Virus record (IMG/VR): IMGVR_UViG_3300044267_003392
DNA length: 20,000 nt
Direction: 5' to 3' (one strand)
DNA from: an uncultured virus (IMG/VR IMGVR_UViG_3300044267_003392)
Taxonomy: Duplodnaviria; Heunggongvirae; Uroviricota; Caudoviricetes
This document shows positions 13,934 to 20,000 of this stretch, one piece after another (the stretch's first letter is position 1; each line of letters begins with the position of its first letter). The translations under genes and the position numbers were made by a program. Below the pieces are notes generated by a model. It ran no database searches. It saw nothing but the letters and a program-made list of their open reading frames with translations, and had not been told where the DNA came from.

Positions 13934-15795
13934 TTGGCATCTCCCCAGTTATCCTTAATTTTGTAATCAACATTAGAAGGCACTTTTAAATCTATACATG
14001 TTTCCATCATATCTTTTATTTCTTTTGCCTCTTTATCAGATTTTACACTACAATTCAACTCATCATGAACCTGTATAAGCGGTATTATACCCAATTGTTC
14101 GTATATATCAACCATGGCTTTTTTAGTTTGATCAGCAGCTGTGCCCTGTATTAACCTATTCAATGCCTTATATGTGCCAGCTCTTTTTATAGAACCACCC
14201 CATTTTGTTGTTGCTTCATTGTGTGGTAATGCTTTATGAAATACACCAGCTTCGTACCAAGAGGGCTCCCATAGATCAAATTTACATCTACGTCCTAAAT
14301 ATGTTCTTACAGATCCTATTTGGTTTGCACGATTCATTACAGCCTCTAACATACCCTGCATAAACGGAACTTTTTCTCTAAACTCTTTTAACATTTCTTT
14401 TGCCTCCATAGGAGCTATATCTAGGTCCACAGCCATCTTTTTATACCCCATGCCATACATTACCCCTAAACCTATTGTTTTAGCTAGTCTACGATCAATT
14501 CCTGCCATCTCTGCTGTTTGTTTATGAAAGTCTAATCCTTTTACAAATGCTTGTTGCACTTCTTCTGCGCCTGCATTTTTATTTAATATGGCAAAATGTG
14601 TCAATATTCTAGGTTCTTGTTGTGAATAGTCAGCAGACAACCAATACTCTCCTTGCTCTGGTATAAATATTTTACGTAACTCTGATCCATATTCATTTCT
14701 TATAGGCATCTGTTGTAAATTAGGAGCGTACATAGAAAACCTACCTGTCACTGTGCCACCATTATCGCCACGTATCTGGTTTATATGTGCATGTAATCTA
14801 CCATTGTGTACATATTTAGCTACACCATCAACAAATGTTCCTTGTAGTTTGTTTAACACACGTGCCTTTGTTATCATGCGTGGTAATTCATGTGCATGTG
14901 TTTCAAGAAATGTTTGTGTAAAACTAGGAGCTCCAAGTGCTGTTCTAGGATATTCTAAATTAACACTATCAAATGCCTGGGCCACAGACCGTGCTGCATT
15001 GATTTGTACATCTTGACCTACTAAATCTTTTATTCTTTTTAAGTATTGTTTTTCTTTGTTAAGTAATTTCTTTTTAAGACCAAATGCTTTCTCCATGTCT
15101 ACGCGTACACCACGTTTAGTCATGTTAAATATAACACGTATTAATCTGCATTCTACATCATATACTTTTGTTAAATCTTCTTTTTCTATTTCAGTAATAA
15201 ATCTTTCGTGTAAACGCCATGTCAATTTAGCGTCTGCTTCTGCATACTCCCCAACAAATGATGCGTGCATTTTATACATATCAGCTTTAGGGTCTAACCC
15301 CAATTCTTCTGCTTTCGCTTTTAATAATGATTCATTTTTAAACTCACCTAAATACTCTGCTACCATGCTATTTAATGTAAAAGAATATCTATTCTCATTT
15401 AATAATGCAGCAGCTATCATAGTGTCATGTATGTAACCTTTTACCTCTATACCTAAAGTAGATAACCATCCAATGTCATACTGTGCATTGTGAAATACTT
15501 TTTGTATAGACTCATCTTCACACACTTCTTTAATATACTCTACGATAATTGATTTATCCATGTTACCACCACCTTCGTGCGCTATAGGATAATAAGCAGT
15601 AAAGTCACCACTGGATATAGCAATACCTATAACAGATCCAATTTTTCTAGGCCAACCAGGACCCATCTTTTTTAACTCTGTATCACACGTTTCCAAGTCA
15701 ATTGCTACCACGTCTTTACCCTTCATTGAAGGTGTTTCTGTGGGATGCAACCACTCTGCTTTTACTTCGTCTTTTCTAAAAAGATCCTGATTCAT
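13930..15795 (-). CDS. polA: Family A DNA polymerase with 3'-5' exonuclease domain
   Basis: ExoI DLET, ExoII FHNAQYD, ExoIII YAEAD; TVTGRFS, PNLQQ; motif A DYSQQEPR; motif B RRLAKTIGLGVMYG; motif C VHDE. Confidence 0.97.
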   Translation of the reverse strand: MNQDLFRKDEVKAEWLHPTETPSMKGKDVVAIDLETCDTELKKMGPGWPRKIGSVIGIAISSGDFTAYYPIAHEGGGNMDKSIIVEYIKEVCEDESIQKVFHNAQYDIGWLSTLGIEVKGYIHDTMIAAALLNENRYSFTLNSMVAEYLGEFKNESLLKAKAEELGLDPKADMYKMHASFVGEYAEADAKLTWRLHERFITEIEKEDLTKVYDVECRLIRVIFNMTKRGVRVDMEKAFGLKKKLLNKEKQYLKRIKDLVGQDVQINAARSVAQAFDSVNLEYPRTALGAPSFTQTFLETHAHELPRMITKARVLNKLQGTFVDGVAKYVHNGRLHAHINQIRGDNGGTVTGRFSMYAPNLQQMPIRNEYGSELRKIFIPEQGEYWLSADYSQQEPRILTHFAILNKNAGAEEVQQAFVKGLDFHKQTAEMAGIDRRLAKTIGLGVMYGMGYKKMAVDLDIAPMEAKEMLKEFREKVPFMQGMLEAVMNRANQIGSVRTYLGRRCKFDLWEPSWYEAGVFHKALPHNEATTKWGGSIKRAGTYKALNRLIQGTAADQTKKAMVDIYEQLGIIPLIQVHDELNCSVKSDKEAKEIKDMMETCIDLKVPSNVDYKIKDNWGDAK

Positions 15796-16072
15796 TAATT
15801 TCTCCTGCTATTGCTGCATAACCACACATGTCAATGAAGTTATCCAAATTGTTTTTCGTTCCTTGCGTGTGTCTAGATATTTTTAATAGCACCATCATTA
15901 AAGCTACATCTTCAGCTGTGATACTAGCCATTGGTTGTAATTTTTTGTCTAGAAATATATTCCAAAACTCTGCAATCTCTGCATGATTTTTAAATGCATC
16001 TCCATGTGTTTTGTTCCTGTCACCAGCGACAAGATCTTTTGCCTTCTTTAATATTTCTTCTTTGTTTATCAT
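15776..16072 (-). CDS. DUF6378-like phage protein
   Basis: IL..A..LV.GDR..THGD...IAEFW...VALMMVLLKISR...DNFIDMCGYAA pattern. Confidence 0.75.
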   Translation of the reverse strand: MINKEEILKKAKDLVAGDRNKTHGDAFKNHAEIAEFWNIFLDKKLQPMASITAEDVALMMVLLKISRHTQGTKNNLDNFIDMCGYAAIAGEINESGSF

Positions 16073-17583
16073 ATGAAATATCCTCTCTCTGTTTGGGGGT
16101 TTATAATATGCAGTGATTTTTTCGCACGAGTTGCGCCTACATAAAAAACTCTATCTGTATCATCTGGATTAACTTCCATTTCATTTTGATTTGCACGAGA
16201 CAAATCTGTTAATAACATAACATTATCACATTCTCCACCTTTTGCCATGTGTATTGTACTTAAATTTATTTTTGGATCTACACCTAATCCTCCATGTTTT
16301 TCTAATGACATCACATACGATTTATCTTTTTCTCCTATTGTAGTAAAAGCCACATCCCAAGGCACACCAGCATTTATTAATCCATGGTGCATTGTCAATG
16401 ATTCTAAATCATACATTTGCCCTTCTTCTAATGTTTTTAAAGTTTTGTAACCTCTTTTTATATTAAAACCTGTTTTTAGATTTGCATAAATAGCCGCAAC
16501 GTCATTGTAATTTAATTGTTCAAATTGATTTAATCTTTTCCAAGCACTAATAGCTTTTAACAAATCTTGTTTAATTGGTGTCTTGCCATAAATTGTATAA
16601 GGCAATCCTAAGTGGCGTAAATCTTCTTCAATATCATTTAGCATGTAGCTGCATGTTGCAAGTGCTAACCAATTACCTTCAGAAACATCAACAGCACCAG
16701 GATATGCATGGTATCTAACTTCTCCTTTATATGCTCTTGGTGCCCACTCTTTAGGTCTTCTGTTTTTAATTCTTGACACAACTTGTGTTGCTATTAAATG
16801 CACATCAAGAGGAACTCTATATGATTGATTTAAAACACTTATATTGCCATCCATCTTAATTAAATGCTCAATGTCAGCACCAGCCCATCTAAATATTGCC
16901 TGGTCATCATCGCCACTTATGTACACTCTTTTAGAATTAGCCCATATCTTTTCACACATTCTCCATTGTAACTTTGTCAAATCTTGTGCTTCATCTACAA
17001 TAACAACATCAAGAGGTGGTGTGTGTCCAAACTGTGTAAACTGTGTCAACATATCTGTAAAATCAAATTTGTTATTTGTTTGTTTATAATCTTCAAAAGA
17101 ACGATAAGCCCACAACAATTCTTCCCAAGCATAATCTAAATTAGCTGCGTTATAAAAATCTTGTAATTCTAAATCTTGCATCTTTGACTTATTTATATCT
17201 CTTAAATATTTATTGTCGGTAGACACAACGCCATTCTCTTCCCAATCAGTTGTAACTCTTTTTAAATCTACACCATACTTATCAGAAAATTCTAAATAAT
17301 CTTTATTGTCCATAATTTCTGATTTTGTAAATCCCATCTGCCTTTTACCAAATGCATGCAGCGTACAAAAATAAGGAAAATCTTTGTCTGTTAAATTAAA
17401 TTTTACCTTTGCTCTATCACGTGCTTCATTTGTTGCTTTTGTTGTAAAACTTACAAATGCAATTCTATCAGGTGGTGTACCACTTTTAAGTTCCTGGTCC
17501 ACGATCCGCAGTAAGTTTTCAGTTTTACCTGTGCCAGGTGGTCCTAATATTATATTAACGTCCGGCAATGCGACACCCTCCAT
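16069..17583 (-). CDS. Superfamily 1 (UvrD/Rep-like) DNA helicase
   Basis: GPPGTGKT, VIVDEAQD, GDDDQAIF, QSYR, STIHMAKGGE and FYVGATRAK motifs. Confidence 0.93.
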   Translation of the reverse strand: MEGVALPDVNIILGPPGTGKTENLLRIVDQELKSGTPPDRIAFVSFTTKATNEARDRAKVKFNLTDKDFPYFCTLHAFGKRQMGFTKSEIMDNKDYLEFSDKYGVDLKRVTTDWEENGVVSTDNKYLRDINKSKMQDLELQDFYNAANLDYAWEELLWAYRSFEDYKQTNNKFDFTDMLTQFTQFGHTPPLDVVIVDEAQDLTKLQWRMCEKIWANSKRVYISGDDDQAIFRWAGADIEHLIKMDGNISVLNQSYRVPLDVHLIATQVVSRIKNRRPKEWAPRAYKGEVRYHAYPGAVDVSEGNWLALATCSYMLNDIEEDLRHLGLPYTIYGKTPIKQDLLKAISAWKRLNQFEQLNYNDVAAIYANLKTGFNIKRGYKTLKTLEEGQMYDLESLTMHHGLINAGVPWDVAFTTIGEKDKSYVMSLEKHGGLGVDPKINLSTIHMAKGGECDNVMLLTDLSRANQNEMEVNPDDTDRVFYVGATRAKKSLHIINPQTERGYFI

Positions 17584-17860
17584 TCTTGTCTACAAATATA
17601 AATTTCATTTTTAATTTCTTTTGTTCTTGTGTTAGTTTTCTACATATACGTGTTCCTGGCTTCCATGTTTTACGATAACTTTCACTCTTTACATCGTATA
17701 TTTCTAATGCACCTTTTTCATTAATAGCAATAAGATCTGCAGGTCCTACGCCGTATAAATTTTTAAAAACAAAATAACCTTTTTCTATTAAATACAGTAT
17801 GGCTATCTGTTCACTTTTCATTCCCTTTTTTATTTTTGGTAGTTTAAAACGGTGTGGCAT
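17555..17860 (-). CDS. Small PD-(D/E)XK endonuclease
   Basis: G..SEQIA..YL...GY.VF...GPADLIA...DVKS. Confidence 0.75.
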   Translation of the reverse strand: MPHRFKLPKIKKGMKSEQIAILYLIEKGYFVFKNLYGVGPADLIAINEKGALEIYDVKSESYRKTWKPGTRICRKLTQEQKKLKMKFIFVDKNGGCRIAGR

Positions 17861-19361
17861 CTTGTTTCCTCACTTCGTATTCTGAATCTTGTTCATCAAA
17901 AGATGGTACACCCCATGTGTTAACTCCCTTGTTCTTTAGTTTCCAAAATTTATGTTCTCCATTTATTTTACGCAACTCAGCAATAATTTGACCTGTATTG
18001 CTGTAGTGTGTAAACTTATTTCGTATAAGATATGCATGTAAATCTTGCAGTCTAAAATATATTTTACCTGCCTCTGTATAAGGTTTACGTAATAATATAT
18101 CTTCTTTTACTTGTCCCTGTGCACGACCAGTACAGAACTCCTGGAGGTGAGCTAAAAACTGGCCGGACACAGATCCGTCATTTGACACAGGAATTTTAAG
18201 AGCACTCTGCATCTTACTATTCACTAATTGTTGCCAATCAGACGCCTTCATCAAAGGAGGCATCATGGTTAATACTTCCATAACCCTCTTCTGAAACTTT
18301 GTTTGTATTTGTAATTCTTCTGTTGTTAATTGTATTTTAAGATCTTGTTCATTATCATCTGTAGGTATTTCTAAAAACCATATAGGTGGTTCTGTTTCTA
18401 ACTTAGATAAAGATCCTAACTGTTGTGATACATTCTCTGCACCAACACCGTGCTTTCTTGTCTTGCAAACGTTTACATTGCAAAAAGAACTAATAGGTTG
18501 ATCTTTACATTTGTATTGATAACCTTTTTTATTTAATTGCGCTACAACTGTGGCAACCTCTTTGTGATCTAGTGGTGGTTGCATATATTTTTGATTATAC
18601 TCTTCTAATAATCTTTCCCAATTGTCTGGATCAAATTTCTTTGTATACACACCAATATTAAATAATCCGTTATTTCGTGTACCAGGAGGAAAACCTTGTC
18701 CACATAGAGCCTGCAAACAAGGTGGTCCATCTTTTATAATTTCTTCACTATTTTTCCCCCCAACATCATCTATGTTATCTACAACGTTTCTACTGTAAAT
18801 CTCATAGAATTCTTCTAAAGACGCTGTTGTGCCATTTTCTTTTAATGCATAACGCACTGATTTATTACCATTGTAATATGGTAAATTTAAAAAATTACCT
18901 AAGTCACCTTTTTCTAATGATATACTAGATTGCTTAGGAAATATTTCTGACGTAGAATGGCCTATTAATGCAGCTATCTGTGTTAATTTATTTCTTATTA
19001 ATTTTGATGCAATTGTTTTTTTCATAAACAAAAATAAGTGTGCACCTCCACTCTTAGATTTGCAGTATACCAAAGGTATATTTAATTTTTTTATTTTTTT
19101 GAATAGAGCACCATGGTCCAAAGGATAACTATCAATATCAATACATCCCCACTTAGTAGTATTATCAGCCCTAATAGGAATAATACCAAGAGACGGACCC
19201 TCTCCCTCCAAATGTTTTTGCCAAAGCTCATCTGTAACTTCCTGTCTAACTATATAAGATTTACCTTGCTGCTTACCGTCAGCACGTGAGCCATTCGGCT
19301 GGTGCTGACCATAAGCTACATCTAAACCTTCAAATATAAGTTTAAATTTCTCAACTTCCAC
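17844..19361 (-). CDS. Archaeo-eukaryotic-type primase with a C-terminal Cys-containing domain
   Basis: WGCIDID (motif I), SKSGGAH (motif II), GNFLNLPY; PPCL...GTRNNGLF and C-x8-C-x4-C; GTG start after GGAGG. Confidence 0.85.
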   Translation of the reverse strand: MEVEKFKLIFEGLDVAYGQHQPNGSRADGKQQGKSYIVRQEVTDELWQKHLEGEGPSLGIIPIRADNTTKWGCIDIDSYPLDHGALFKKIKKLNIPLVYCKSKSGGAHLFLFMKKTIASKLIRNKLTQIAALIGHSTSEIFPKQSSISLEKGDLGNFLNLPYYNGNKSVRYALKENGTTASLEEFYEIYSRNVVDNIDDVGGKNSEEIIKDGPPCLQALCGQGFPPGTRNNGLFNIGVYTKKFDPDNWERLLEEYNQKYMQPPLDHKEVATVVAQLNKKGYQYKCKDQPISSFCNVNVCKTRKHGVGAENVSQQLGSLSKLETEPPIWFLEIPTDDNEQDLKIQLTTEELQIQTKFQKRVMEVLTMMPPLMKASDWQQLVNSKMQSALKIPVSNDGSVSGQFLAHLQEFCTGRAQGQVKEDILLRKPYTEAGKIYFRLQDLHAYLIRNKFTHYSNTGQIIAELRKINGEHKFWKLKNKGVNTWGVPSFDEQDSEYEVRKQDATPF

Positions 19362-19386
19362 GAACCCTCCAGTTCCTTTTTATTTA

Positions 19387-20000
19387 TTAAAACGGTACTG
19401 ATTCTTCGCTTGGTTTTTCTTCTGATATTAATTTGGGGGTTTCTGGCTTTGCATCCACAGCGCCAGACGCTGCGGATTGTGCAAAAGCTTTGCTTTCACC
19501 ATAGATGGAAGCATCAGTTACCTGATTACCTTTCTCAATAGAGAACCCAAACCAACTACCTCTGTCGTTAGATTCACTTACAGTCGATAGATTGTAAGTA
19601 AATGCATACGTAGGAGGTGTAAACATACCCTGTGGACCCTTAATTTTTTGCGATAGCATTAAGCTGTTCCAACGTCTACTCTTCTTGAGTTGACTTGAAG
19701 ACATGCTAATCACAGCATTTTGGTATCCGTCACCACTTAACATTAATACAAAATGATAAGCTGTTTGAACGATATGATTACCATTTGGTAATACTTGTTT
19801 ACCGGTCATAGGGTCACGTTTAGTTTGTCCAATAATGCCACTGTCGGCACTATGTGAGTCAATAAACCCTCCACCTTGTTCTCTAGGTTTCCACTCTACA
19901 TATTTGAGGTGGTAGAAAACAGGAATGACTTCGAGTTTATCAAAGGTTTCTTGTGTAACTGTATTGAACAGTTGTCCAGCTTTTGCAGATTCTATATCCT
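19387..20000 (-). CDS. Putative single-stranded DNA-binding protein, 5' end outside the window
   Basis: Frame is open to the window edge (DIESAKAGQLFNTVTQ...YVEWKPREQGGG...); acidic tail ending EESVPF; located in the replication module. Confidence 0.7.
   Translation of the reverse strand, partial: DIESAKAGQLFNTVTQETFDKLEVIPVFYHLKYVEWKPREQGGGFIDSHSADSGIIGQTKRDPMTGKQVLPNGNHIVQTAYHFVLMLSGDGYQNAVISMSSSQLKKSRRWNSLMLSQKIKGPQGMFTPPTYAFTYNLSTVSESNDRGSWFGFSIEKGNQVTDASIYGESKAFAQSAASGAVDAKPETPKLISEEKPSEESVPF

Noticed and set aside
13930..15795. DnaJ-like insertion (HMO-2011-type), intein or intron in polA
   Set aside because: No CxxCxGxG repeats; the motifs are contiguous in a compact 621-aa protein.
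13352..17614. Short overlapping ORFs within the PAPS-reductase-like, polA and helicase genes
   Set aside because: Shadows of genes with clear catalytic motifs.
1..20000. tRNA, rRNA, integrase or transposase
   Set aside because: No cloverleaf, rRNA or recombinase signatures seen by eye.

Overview
This window is an AT-rich tailed-phage genome segment, most likely from a marine alphaproteobacterial (pelagiphage-like) phage; the host assignment is inference only. The minus strand carries a replication module (SSB-like protein, AEP primase, PD-(D/E)XK nuclease, UvrD-like helicase, DUF6378-like protein, family A DNA polymerase with Leu762). It continues with a PAPS-reductase-like protein, SufE, many small ORFs, a stand-alone LexA-type DNA-binding domain, TerS, a VRR-NUC-like nuclease and TerL (truncated at the left edge). 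A divergently transcribed plus-strand cassette (7.75-11.77 kb) encodes mostly secreted or membrane proteins, including a very acidic Met/Glu-rich protein. The most unusual parts are non-coding. (i) Between terS and terL, five bipartite repeats (GCGCCCGG-N~45-51-GGAGTTTGGGAGTTT) delimit small cassettes with their own promoters, and five perfect DnaA boxes lie in the same region. (ii) Two candidate structured RNAs sit directly behind sigma70 promoters (7376-7560 and 3051-3150). (iii) A GTAATAC/GTATTAC repeat cluster lies between the LexA-like gene and terS.
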